A stretch of DNA of 44,472 bases, taken from assembly GCA_031386385.1 (NCBI GenBank), contig JANNCG010000476.1, positions 1 through 44,472 of the forward strand. The letters are read 5' to 3'. Positions 8,351 through 16,836 of this stretch are shown here, piece after piece. Source of the stretch: Myxococcales bacterium (GTDB taxonomy: Bacteria; Myxococcota_A; Polyangia; Polyangiales; Ga0077539). Under the pieces are notes generated by a model. That model did not search any database, was not told where the DNA came from, and was given only the letters and a program-made list of their open reading frames with translations. The position numbers and the translations under genes are program-made. Each line of letters begins with the position of its first letter. The first letter of the stretch is position 1.

Positions 8351-8515
8351 TACCGCCCACAAGAGGTAGGGGGGATTTTAGCGCTGTATCTGAACGAGGA
8401 ACACCCCGCGCGGAAGCAAGACATCCGCGCAAGTGCCTTCGCGCAGCGCTCAGCGCCTACGGCACCGCCTCTTAAGACGCACACAAACATCCCCGTACTT
8501 CTGGCGGGCGGTACT
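8349..8515. other. Long-range 10-bp inverted repeat (AGTACCGCCC ... GGGCGGTACT) bracketing about 147 nt of a convergent intergenic spacer
   Basis: Arms lie at 8349-8358 and 8506-8515. The interior holds GC-rich local palindromes (CCGCGCGG; GCGCAAG..CTTCGCGC). The element sits between the stops of 7856..8350 (+) and 8557..11088 (-). Confidence 0.4.
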
Positions 8516-8556
8516 CGCTGCCAGGCCGCTAACCCAACCCAAGCACCGCTAACGCG

Positions 8557-11088
8557 TTAAGGACACGCCCAAGCGAGGTTATAGCCACGCAAGACGGGAG
8601 TGCTCCCGTCCATCGCTGCACGCATACGCACGGTCACCCTGATGATTTGCGCTGGAGTAACACCGGCTCCACGAAGGGCCACGCCGACGTCGTAGGGGCT
8701 TCCGTTCGGTGGCAGTGTTGCGATGGCAACCTCAGTGGCTCCCGCGAGCGCCAGAACCGTAGCGGCCGTGCGCACCGAGACGGTCATGCTCGTCCCCATG
8801 GGGACATCTGCGTTGATCGTCAGGGTTGAGGGCCGAGGATTCGCACACGTTGTGTCGTTTATCTGCGAGTAGCTGCCCTCAGGAATGGACAACCGCCGGA
8901 CGGACCCTGTGAAATCCGAATACGAGTACACTTGGTTTGGTCCCGCGTAGGTCGTGTTCATCATGGTCATTGGATCAAACCGAGCCAACGGTGCGCCCGC
9001 ACCCCAGTGTGCCAAGTACAAGCGATTGAGCCGGTCAAAGCCTAGTCCAGCTGGACCACGCAGCCCAGGGGTGGTCACCCGCGTTACGTTGGCGGCAGGG
9101 ATCGCGCCAAGCATGTGATCGGCCGCTCGCCAGCGAACAACTCGCGAGTTATTCTCTGCAGGGTCTTCGCCGGCCATGTAGATAAATCCGTCCGGACCGG
9201 CGGTGATTCCACGACCCGCATATCCGTCGATCTGGGCCGTTGTGTCGACTCGTGACCAGGTTCCACCTGCGCCGCCGACGCCCATTCCGGGCGCATAACC
9301 GAGCGCGTCGCGGCAGGCCCAGCCCGCAAACCACAGCCGTCCGCCGGCATCTGCCGCGATCCCGTACCCGTTCACACACCCGCCTCGCATCGCCAGCGGA
9401 AACGGAATCGCCGCTGAAACCACAGGCATCGGTGTAGTTGTATCAATCGACGCTGTCGCACCAGAGTCGAGCGTCCCTATCCACAGGCGGCCATCTCCGG
9501 TGACTAACGCACCATAGGGTCGCACTGGAACCGCCACCGTCACGATGGTCTCGCCAGTCGTTGGATTGAGCTTATAAAACTCAGAGCGATTATAGCTTCC
9601 AGCCCATGGATAACCCGCCGGCGCGCGCACATCGCCGCGGTCGACCGTGAGCGCTCGAAGCACCGCGTCTACCGGTCCAACGCGCGAGGTCCAAATCACA
9701 CACTCGTCCACCGGTTGCCCGATCGCGTTAGAGTACGCCAGGACGTTCATTGGCCCCGTGCTTGTGTCAATCACACCGTTCATGTTGCGATCGATACAGT
9801 TAGCCCGTGAGCCCGCGAGCTTGGTGACAGTGCCTTGAAATGCAAATCCACGGTTGGCCACATAGACATCTCCCGCTCCGTCAATTGCCACGCGAGAGGC
9901 CATGTTGCAGCCGTTGGCATGACAGCACTGCCCGCGGCACTCTCCGGCCTCAAGTCCCACGCGATACTTGGCGATCTCACGCGGAGGATCCATCGCTGCG
10001 TCCCACTTTGAGACGGTACTTTCTGCAGTATTCACGATCCAGAAATAGTTGTCCGTGTTCGCCACGACCATCCCGTCGGGGATCACGCCACCGCGCATTG
10101 GATCCTCGCGCGAGTTGTTAAACGTCCCGTCGCCAAGGGGCAATCCGCCCATTCCGCCGACGCGCTGCACGCGACACTCGCAACCGTTTGCGTCAATCCC
10201 GTCACAGTTTTCAAACCCCATCGCGCAGCCCATCAAGCGGCAAGCCCCGTTCATGCAGGCACCCGCTCCGTTAGCAAAATCACAGCGGTTTCCGCATCGT
10301 CCGCAGTTGGCAATATCGTTGCCTGTGTTGGCCTCGCAGCCGTCCATTCGGTTGGCGTTGCAGTCGGCAAAGTTGGGGTTGCACGTCATAATGCAGCTCG
10401 CCGCACCGCAGCTCGCCACCGCGTTGGCGTACGGACCACAGGCGGTCCCGCACATCCCGCAGTTGGCTGGATCGGTGTCCGTCGAAGTGCAAGATCCCAT
10501 GCAATTTGTGTGACCCATCCGACACGACGGAACACACATCCCCGTCTCGCACACCAAGCCATCGCCGCATTGGTTGCCGCACATTCCACAGTTGGCTCGG
10601 TCGCTCTGCGTATTCACACACGCGTTTGCGCACACCGTCTGTCCCATCGCGCAGGTGAGCCCACAGCGTCCCATGGAGCACGCCTGACCGGCTGCGCACT
10701 GATTGCCACACATCCCGCAGTGCGCGTTATCGGTGCGCAAATCGCGGCACACCCCGTCGCATACGGTGAAGTTCTCAGGGCACACCAACCCACAGCGTCC
10801 CATGGAGCACGTCTGTCCATCGGGGCAGCGATTTCCGCATGTTCCGCAGTTGGTGGGGTCTGTTTGAGTGCTGGCGCAGCGGCCGTTGCACAGCTCGCCT
10901 CCGTCACAACTCGGAGGGGATGGGACATCGATGACAACACCGGTGTCGACAATGACTCCGGTATCTGTGACGGCGACATCGCGACCGACATCCGGAGCAT
11001 CACCCACAATCGGGGACGCGCATGCGAACAGTAGTGACGTCCACATGAGCGCATGCAGGACCCTACACATACGAAAAACTATATTCAT
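8557..11088 (-). CDS. Large exported protein: lipoprotein-type signal, Cys-rich NCGxCG repeat array, C-terminal beta-propeller-like region
   Basis: ORF 8557..11124. The internal ATG at 11088 gives MNIVFRMCRVLHALMWTSLLFAC. aa 72-317 hold five copies of ..(N/H)CG(T/M/R)CGxxC..G..C..G.C. The C-terminal ~500 aa carry recurrent strand-like motifs (DVYVANRG, RLWIGT, RLWFAGW, FIYMAGE) suggesting a propeller fold. Confidence 0.7.
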   Translation of the reverse strand: MNIVFRMCRVLHALMWTSLLFACASPIVGDAPDVGRDVAVTDTGVIVDTGVVIDVPSPPSCDGGELCNGRCASTQTDPTNCGTCGNRCPDGQTCSMGRCGLVCPENFTVCDGVCRDLRTDNAHCGMCGNQCAAGQACSMGRCGLTCAMGQTVCANACVNTQSDRANCGMCGNQCGDGLVCETGMCVPSCRMGHTNCMGSCTSTDTDPANCGMCGTACGPYANAVASCGAASCIMTCNPNFADCNANRMDGCEANTGNDIANCGRCGNRCDFANGAGACMNGACRLMGCAMGFENCDGIDANGCECRVQRVGGMGGLPLGDGTFNNSREDPMRGGVIPDGMVVANTDNYFWIVNTAESTVSKWDAAMDPPREIAKYRVGLEAGECRGQCCHANGCNMASRVAIDGAGDVYVANRGFAFQGTVTKLAGSRANCIDRNMNGVIDTSTGPMNVLAYSNAIGQPVDECVIWTSRVGPVDAVLRALTVDRGDVRAPAGYPWAGSYNRSEFYKLNPTTGETIVTVAVPVRPYGALVTGDGRLWIGTLDSGATASIDTTTPMPVVSAAIPFPLAMRGGCVNGYGIAADAGGRLWFAGWACRDALGYAPGMGVGGAGGTWSRVDTTAQIDGYAGRGITAGPDGFIYMAGEDPAENNSRVVRWRAADHMLGAIPAANVTRVTTPGLRGPAGLGFDRLNRLYLAHWGAGAPLARFDPMTMMNTTYAGPNQVYSYSDFTGSVRRLSIPEGSYSQINDTTCANPRPSTLTINADVPMGTSMTVSVRTAATVLALAGATEVAIATLPPNGSPYDVGVALRGAGVTPAQIIRVTVRMRAAMDGSTPVLRGYNLAWACP
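10174..10911 (-). repeat. Coding Cys-rich module array; a 23-nt exact DNA repeat marks a recent ~126-nt duplication
   Basis: cccacagcgtcccatggagcacg occurs twice, about 126 nt apart (near 10662 and 10789). It encodes the two C(S)MGRCGL(V/T)C units. Confidence 0.6.
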
Positions 11089-11147
11089 AGCCCCAAGGGT
11101 ATCAACGAACGATCCGTGCTGCAAATCACCGTCTGAATTGGCACATG

Positions 11148-11624
11148 TTAACCAAAGATGGCTCGGCTAAGCTCTGTGCGCCAATGTGATGAGTCTGGCC
11201 CAGACTCAGGCCCAGATAGATAACACTCAACAAGACTGGGACCCGGGATCTTCTCTTGCGCGACAATCCACTGATCAAACGCAACCCAGGCTTGATGTAG
11301 CCCCTCGTAGGGTCCGTGGTAGATCGTCCGCGCGAGAGTGCACGGCGGCAACCGAGAAGGCTTCACTCGCCCGCTCGAAGTGACCGCTTGCTCCACCGGC
11401 ACACCAATTTCAAAGTCGAACACCATCGGATCAAGCCGGAGGTGATGCGAAAAGAATGGCCCAATCGGAGTGATCTTTTGCTCGGCCAAGACCGCGATCA
11501 ACTCTTGCCGCCCTGGTCCCATCACACTGCGAATTTGCTCGCGGGCGACGACAATGTGGATGACGGCTGTGCGCTGCTCAGCGCGCTGGATAATCTCGGG
11601 GGTGTCAATCATGGACAGATCCAT
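11148..11624 (-). CDS. GyrI-like (AraC effector-binding-type) small-molecule binding domain protein
   Basis: ORF 11148..11705, with likely starts at internal Met 11642, 11624 or 11612. The layout is typical of GyrI-like domains: IQRAEQRTAVIHIVVAREQI..., ITPIGPFFSHH, ARTIYHGPYEGLHQAWVAFDQWI, ECYLSGP..WRTEL. Confidence 0.5.
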   Translation of the reverse strand: MDLSMIDTPEIIQRAEQRTAVIHIVVAREQIRSVMGPGRQELIAVLAEQKITPIGPFFSHHLRLDPMVFDFEIGVPVEQAVTSSGRVKPSRLPPCTLARTIYHGPYEGLHQAWVAFDQWIVAQEKIPGPSLVECYLSGPESGPDSSHWRTELSRAIFG

Positions 11625-11727
11625 TGTCTCACACACAAACATGACACGTTGCGAAGCGAGTGAGTGTTCGGATAAATTCGATTTGCCCTGCAGCTCGCGT
11701 GGCAAAGAGAGTGCTAAGTCCTGAGAG

Positions 11728-12981
11728 ATGGTTCGCTACAAAACCGCATCCCGCGAGCTCCGACTCCCGGACTTACGAAACAGGGACACCGTTGTGCCGA
11801 TGGACACTCGGCGCAAAGTGCGAATCGTATCGTTGTTGGAGGTGCCTGGATGGTGGCCTGACCTTGCACGCACGCTGTGTGACGCTCAGTTGCTGCGCAG
11901 GCACCTCACGATGTTGGGCTTTGATGTCACGGTCTCGCACGCTGGGCTTGATCAGGTTCGCTGCGGATGGCCGGGGTATCGGCCTGTTCCGGATGGAAAT
12001 CTCACTCTCAAAGACCCGCGTCTGGCTGCGCTGGGACTGCAGATTCCAGGCTTCGATCTTACATTGGACCGCAACAAACCGCGCGCGTTAGAGTTGTTGC
12101 GGGATGCCGTGCGCGAAGGCATCAATACAGAAGAGCGCAGCACGATCTCGCTCACCGCAGAGCTCGCTGATGCAGCGATCCAGCGCTGGCCAGGTAGGCA
12201 GCGGCCACTCGTGTTTCGTGAACGGCTCTGGAGTCAACTTGGTTACTGTATCCGCCCGGACGAATGGTGGATTTACAATAGTGCAGGGATCCCTGCGCTC
12301 GTGGCGAGCTTGTCTCAGCACAATGAGCTCGTGATTGTTTTGGGTGCGATCCAACGAGGGTATGAGCGCGCCGCTACAATCCGCATGATCGCCGATGCAG
12401 TATTTGGTCACGATGGCACGCACTGCTGGGTCGGGACTGCACTGCCATGGCGATTTATCAAAGTACGGATCGCAGGAGGATTCAAATTTGTCGCGCCGGA
12501 GTTGTACGAGACCGCAGAGCAAGCGTTGATCGATGCCTATTCACCGGCCGCGCTGCGGTTGGGACTGCAGCTCTTGGGCACGGACCCCAGCATGTACGTG
12601 CACCGTGATTGCGATGCGCCGGCGGGCTCTGTCGAGTGGACAAAAGCGCTGAGATATTCGGTGATGGACGACGCCGAGAAGCTGGTTGTTCGAAGCGCTG
12701 CCGCGCTGCACAAAGCCAGGCAAGTGCTTGAGGCTCACTCGAGTGGGATTCTGCTGAGTGCGAGCAGCGACGGACCCGATCGGGTAAGTGTCGCGCTGAT
12801 TGATGAATTTGTGCGCCAGATCAATGAGGGGCTCCACATGCAATCCGCCTTCAACGTAGCCATGCGGACTGTGCGCGAACTAACAAACGCTTCACGGCAA
12901 CGTGACCTGCATCGACTACGACACCTCAGCGACGTGTTAATCACAATGTGCACCATCCTGGGCATCACGGCCCGCGACTAA
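11728..12981 (+). CDS. Hypothetical cytoplasmic protein, no recognisable domain
   Basis: Long 417-aa ORF with coding-like composition. Alternative start at Met25 (nt 11800). No signal peptide and no motif I can name. Confidence 0.45.
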   Translation: MVRYKTASRELRLPDLRNRDTVVPMDTRRKVRIVSLLEVPGWWPDLARTLCDAQLLRRHLTMLGFDVTVSHAGLDQVRCGWPGYRPVPDGNLTLKDPRLAALGLQIPGFDLTLDRNKPRALELLRDAVREGINTEERSTISLTAELADAAIQRWPGRQRPLVFRERLWSQLGYCIRPDEWWIYNSAGIPALVASLSQHNELVIVLGAIQRGYERAATIRMIADAVFGHDGTHCWVGTALPWRFIKVRIAGGFKFVAPELYETAEQALIDAYSPAALRLGLQLLGTDPSMYVHRDCDAPAGSVEWTKALRYSVMDDAEKLVVRSAAALHKARQVLEAHSSGILLSASSDGPDRVSVALIDEFVRQINEGLHMQSAFNVAMRTVRELTNASRQRDLHRLRHLSDVLITMCTILGITARD

Positions 12982-13540
12982 ATGAGTACGCGCCGTATCC
13001 AATGTTGAGCGAAAAAAACAGGTCCACGTTGGCGAGAGAAGTCTGGTAATCGAGGTCCGTTCGCAGCGTAAAGAGCACTCCCTGCGCGTTGTCGACACGC
13101 GCCCCTGGGTCCGCAGCAGGCCGCCCCGTGATCGCGAGAAACCCAAGCTCGAGGCTCGTGTTTATGGAATGAGAAACTGTCGCGTTGCGCACAGATCCAC
13201 TGAGGGGCGCCAACCCAACGCGCGCAGACCCTGCCCAGCCCGCGGGGGACGTGAGAACACTTCCGGTGAACCCGAAGCCAAAGTGCCCATAGTCGTCGGT
13301 CGCTCGCAAGTTGAGCTCAGGCCCCATCATCCACGCTGTGGTCGCGCTTGGAGACGACAGCTTACCGACCGCAGCGTGCAGGTTTGCTCCCGCCGCGACC
13401 ATGGTATGCCCACGCGGAGTCGCCAGGACGTTGACACCCCCGGTCGCGCCAATGACCGTCGCGCACCCACTCAACAAACAGAGAGTCCCCGTAATGATGA
13501 GGCACCAAGCCGGAGCAATCTTCGTATAAAATAGCTTCAT
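12965..13540 (-). CDS. Hypothetical lipoprotein, Gly/Ala/Thr-rich and beta-rich (possible outer-membrane protein)
   Basis: ORF 12965..13606. The internal ATG at 13540 gives MKLFYTKIAPAWCLIITGTLCLLSGC, with a lipobox. An AT-rich stretch lies directly upstream (13541-13600). Confidence 0.5.
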   Translation of the reverse strand: MKLFYTKIAPAWCLIITGTLCLLSGCATVIGATGGVNVLATPRGHTMVAAGANLHAAVGKLSSPSATTAWMMGPELNLRATDDYGHFGFGFTGSVLTSPAGWAGSARVGLAPLSGSVRNATVSHSINTSLELGFLAITGRPAADPGARVDNAQGVLFTLRTDLDYQTSLANVDLFFSLNIGYGAYSFSRGP

Positions 13541-13610
13541 TTTATCAGTGAATATCAAAAAAATACTTAACTTATTACGCTTCGATTTGAGCTCGCACCA
13601 CGCCACACCA

Positions 13611-13654
13611 CGACAGCCGATTGATCTCTCGTCGACAGCCGATCGATCTCTCGC
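13611..13654. repeat. Tandem direct repeat, 2 x 22 nt (CGACAGCCGATYGATCTCTCGY)
   Basis: gacagccgattgatctctcg (13612-13631) and gacagccgatcgatctctcg (13634-13653) differ at one position. A partial third gatctct lies at ~13667. The repeat is intergenic, 70-115 nt upstream of the lipoprotein start at 13540. Confidence 0.75.
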
Positions 13655-13679
13655 CCATTGGGAGACTGATCTCTTCTAA

Positions 13680-14861
13680 TCAGTGAGTCTCCGCAGGTGG
13701 CGTTGGAGTGCCCGGAGTCGGCGTCTGTGACGCCCCTTGTGGTGCGCTTTGGGTGTTGTTGGTTTGTTGCGTGGTGTTGTTTGGTGGAGCTCCAAGCACA
13801 GGCTCTTCGTTGTGAGCTCGTGTGTCGTCGTCGTTGACCTCGACCGAGGTGGCGGCACGCACGCGTGGACTGTCCTGCGCGACGTCATCAACGCCCTCGT
13901 CTTCGCCGCCTGAGTGCCCCGTGGGTGGCGTGGGCGTGCCTGCTGCGTGGGGTGTCGGCGGACGATCTTCGCGGCCATAAATGGGGCGCTGACCCGGCCG
14001 CGACCAGTCCACCCAGTAGGCGCTCTCGCTGCGGACATCCATGTGCACAAACACGCTTCGGGGATAGTATCCGCAGCCGGTCATCGGGATGGTCCGACAA
14101 AAATCCCTCAACAACCGATTGGGAACACCCTCAACCCGAAAGTCCATCGCGCGTCCAAAGTTGTGATTCGAATGCGCCGTCCACTGTCCTCTGCGAAAAG
14201 GCCGGTAACCCGAGATCACATGAATGCGACGTCCACCGAAGTGATCACTGACGCGGGCGAGTTTGCGTAAGAGCTCAGGGTTGATCGCGCGGGTGTTGCC
14301 ATTGTTTGACCGCAAAAAGCTTCGCATGATTCCCAAAACTCGCGGTCCCACACGGCGAAGGGCAACGCTCTGTTGCACCCCCGTGGATTCGCGAATGAGC
14401 CGCACAAACCCAGGTGCTGCGGGGATACCCCAGCGCGTGCGAAGCGGGGGGCGATATCGGCTCGTGTGCGTCGGTGGGTTGCGGGCGCCGGTCCCAGAGC
14501 TCGTGGGGGGAGTGCGCGAGCCGGTCTGTACTCGCGCGTTGGCTGCAGTCGTACCTTGGCTGGTTGACGAATTGCGGGGCGCAGGGCTGCCGCCGTACTG
14601 CCGAATGAGGTCCTCGCTCACATTCGAAGGGAGGCGTAAACGGCGGTCATGTCGGAGCAGGTAGGGCTCGTGAAGGTGGTTTGCCTCCGCTAGATCGCGG
14701 ACAGAGACGTGGAGGTTCTCAGCGATTTCACCCAGCGTTTCGCCTCGCGCAACGATGTACTCGCGTCCCTCAATGTGCTGGGCGAGGCCAACAGAACTCA
14801 CGCTCAAGACACAGCAAAGTGACAGAAGCCAGGCACACCGTTGCAGGGGTCGAGACGTCAT
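13680..14861 (-). CDS. Exported LysM-domain peptidoglycan peptidase, M15A / DUF882 (YcbK/MepK-like)
   Basis: Signal peptide (CAWLLSLCCVLSVSSVGLAQ). LysM (YIVARGETLGEIAENLHVSVRDLAEANHL). Ser/Thr/Pro linker. DUF882-type core (RIHVISGYRP...HSNHNFGRAMDFRVEGV...GCGYYPRSVFVHMDVR). Pro/Thr/Gln-rich tail. Confidence 0.75.
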   Translation of the reverse strand: MTSRPLQRCAWLLSLCCVLSVSSVGLAQHIEGREYIVARGETLGEIAENLHVSVRDLAEANHLHEPYLLRHDRRLRLPSNVSEDLIRQYGGSPAPRNSSTSQGTTAANARVQTGSRTPPTSSGTGARNPPTHTSRYRPPLRTRWGIPAAPGFVRLIRESTGVQQSVALRRVGPRVLGIMRSFLRSNNGNTRAINPELLRKLARVSDHFGGRRIHVISGYRPFRRGQWTAHSNHNFGRAMDFRVEGVPNRLLRDFCRTIPMTGCGYYPRSVFVHMDVRSESAYWVDWSRPGQRPIYGREDRPPTPHAAGTPTPPTGHSGGEDEGVDDVAQDSPRVRAATSVEVNDDDTRAHNEEPVLGAPPNNTTQQTNNTQSAPQGASQTPTPGTPTPPAETH

Positions 14862-15111
14862 TAAGCTCCAAGGGTTAGCCCCAAGAAGAGTGGTCGGTCA
14901 AGGGTTGCAGCACAGACGGCAGGGCGAGCACAGAGTGTGCTAGCGTTTGCGAAGTAGACCAGAACATTGATTCGCAGGAGTTTCCCATAACCCAAAGTTC
15001 CCCCACTTTTTTGCGACTATGACAAAGCTTTGATTCAATGGGGTCTGTACCTCTCCCCTGTGGCGATCTTGCCACTTCCGTGCGAGGTCATCCCCCTCAG
15101 CCGAGGAACGA

Positions 15112-16176
15112 ATGTCCGAAGGCAATTATCTCGTTGGTATCGACATAGGCTCTAGTGCCATCAAACTCTGTATGCTCAAAGACGTACGGGGCAAAAAGAC
15201 ACTGGTGAAGTTTGGCTACACTCCGTTGCCTCCGCAGACAATCGTCGACGGACACGTAATGAATCAGCCCGTGGTCGTTGAAGCTCTGCAAAAGATGTTC
15301 ACCGATCTCAAGATTCGCCGTCGCGAAGTGGCCATGTCTGTGCCCAGCTTTGCGGTGATCATCAAGCGCTTGACCCTGCCGCTCATGTCGACGCAAGAGC
15401 TGTCTGAGCAGATCACTTGGGAAGCTGAGCAACAGATCCCCTTCGATATCAAAGATGTGCACTTGGACTACGAAGTGCTGCGGCGTCGCCCCGACCAGGG
15501 ACAGATGGATGTCCTGTTGGTGGCCGCGAAGCGTGAAGACCTCGAAGACACGGTGGCGATCGCAAAAGAAGCGAAGCTCAAGCCCATGGTGCTCGATGTG
15601 GACGCGTTCGCCGTGCAGAATATTTTTGAAGCGAACTACGGACTGCCGCCCGAGGGCACGTTTGCGCTCATCAACGTGGGAGCGACGCTCACAAGAATCA
15701 ATATTATTGCCAACGGCGTCCCGGCTTTTACGCGTGACATCGCGAGCGGTGGGGCCACGCTGACAGAAGAGATTCAGCGCGAACTAGGCGTAAGCTTTGA
15801 AGAAGCAGAAGTGTATAAAAACGCAGCACCGGAGAGCCTCACGCGAGGCGCGATTGTGCCGTCTGAGGTTCCGAAAATTATCCGCAAGGTGGTCGAGGCG
15901 CTTGCGGGCGAAGTGCTCCGCTCGTTAGACTTTTATCTCGCCACCTCTGGTGACAAAGAGATCGGCCAGATCTTTCTCACAGGCGGAACAAGCAATCTCC
16001 CCGAGCTCGCCCAGGCCATCGAGCGCCGAGCCCACTGCAAAACCGAGCAGCTTAACCCTTTCAAAGAAATCGTCGTAGACTCGAAAGAGGTCAACACTGA
16101 CCTGCTTCGAGCGCGTGCGGCGCAGGCAACCGTGGCGCTGGGCTTGGCCTTGCGCAAAGATCGAGAGAAACGCTGA
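15112..16176 (+). CDS. pilM: Type IV pilus assembly protein PilM (actin-like ATPase fold)
   Basis: LVGIDIGSSAIKLCMLK..., DVDAFAVQNIFEANY, FALINVGATLTRINI, IFLTGGTSNLPEL. A GAGGAA Shine-Dalgarno sequence precedes the ATG. The stop overlaps the pilN start by 1 nt (TGATG). Confidence 0.9.
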   Translation: MSEGNYLVGIDIGSSAIKLCMLKDVRGKKTLVKFGYTPLPPQTIVDGHVMNQPVVVEALQKMFTDLKIRRREVAMSVPSFAVIIKRLTLPLMSTQELSEQITWEAEQQIPFDIKDVHLDYEVLRRRPDQGQMDVLLVAAKREDLEDTVAIAKEAKLKPMVLDVDAFAVQNIFEANYGLPPEGTFALINVGATLTRINIIANGVPAFTRDIASGGATLTEEIQRELGVSFEEAEVYKNAAPESLTRGAIVPSEVPKIIRKVVEALAGEVLRSLDFYLATSGDKEIGQIFLTGGTSNLPELAQAIERRAHCKTEQLNPFKEIVVDSKEVNTDLLRARAAQATVALGLALRKDREKR

Positions 16177-16832
16177 TGTTAAGAATTAACCTCGTTCCTG
16201 GTGGTCCCCTTCGTGGCAGCGGCAAATCTGGCGCCGCTGCCGGTGACACTCGGATCTTTGCCTTCGCACTCGTTGGCACACTCGTGGTCCTCGCTGCGGT
16301 GATTATCGTGTTTCACTCGACGCAGACTGACGAGCTTACCAAGGCGCGCACCGCAAACAGCCAACGCGAAGCCGCTGTTCGGACCGTTCGACTGCGTGTC
16401 GCCGATCACCCGCGCGTTCGACGCGAACTCGACGACATTCACTCGCGCCAGACAGCTATTCAGCGCTTGGAGGCCAACCGCACAGGGCCAACAGCGATGC
16501 TCATTGAAGTGTCACAGCTGCTGTCCCCGGGCGGTCGCCCAACCAACGTCGAGTCTGAGCTTGAGCGCATCCAACGAGATGATCCGTCTCGAATGTTCAA
16601 CGCGAACTGGGACTCCAAGACGATCTGGCTCTCGCAGTTCACCGAGGCCGAACACAACGTCGTGCTCGAAGGCTTTGGCCGAACGGCAGACGACGTAGCT
16701 GAATTTATGCGACGGCTCATGCTGTCGCAGTACTTCGACAACGTCACACTCGAACGCAGTGAGAGCGCTATCGAAGAGGTCACCCACCTTCAAGTGCAGC
16801 GGTTCAAGCTCACCACACACGTGAGGTACTAA
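16176..16832 (+). CDS. pilN: Type IV pilus assembly protein PilN
   Basis: Starts MLRINLVP, followed by a single TM helix and a coiled-coil/ferredoxin-like C-terminus. Positioned between pilM and pilO. Confidence 0.75.
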   Translation: MLRINLVPGGPLRGSGKSGAAAGDTRIFAFALVGTLVVLAAVIIVFHSTQTDELTKARTANSQREAAVRTVRLRVADHPRVRRELDDIHSRQTAIQRLEANRTGPTAMLIEVSQLLSPGGRPTNVESELERIQRDDPSRMFNANWDSKTIWLSQFTEAEHNVVLEGFGRTADDVAEFMRRLMLSQYFDNVTLERSESAIEEVTHLQVQRFKLTTHVRY

Positions 16833-16836
16833 CTCG

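Noticed and set aside
11125-11147. TTGGCACATGTTAACC between two minus-strand genes as a sigma54 promoter
   Set aside because: There is no GC at the -12 position, and it is on the + strand with no downstream + gene to drive.
13590-13605. Minus-strand TGGCGTGGTGCGAGCT upstream of the lipoprotein gene as a sigma54 promoter
   Set aside because: The GG/GC spacing is right, but the -12 region is GAGCT and lacks the conserved T of TGC. It is too weak to call.
15060-15075. TGGCGATCTTGCC upstream of pilM, which looks superficially like a sigma54 -24/-12 promoter
   Set aside because: The GG-to-GC spacing is 3 nt too short for a sigma54 promoter. pilM has a normal Shine-Dalgarno sequence (GAGGAA) and probably a sigma70-type promoter.
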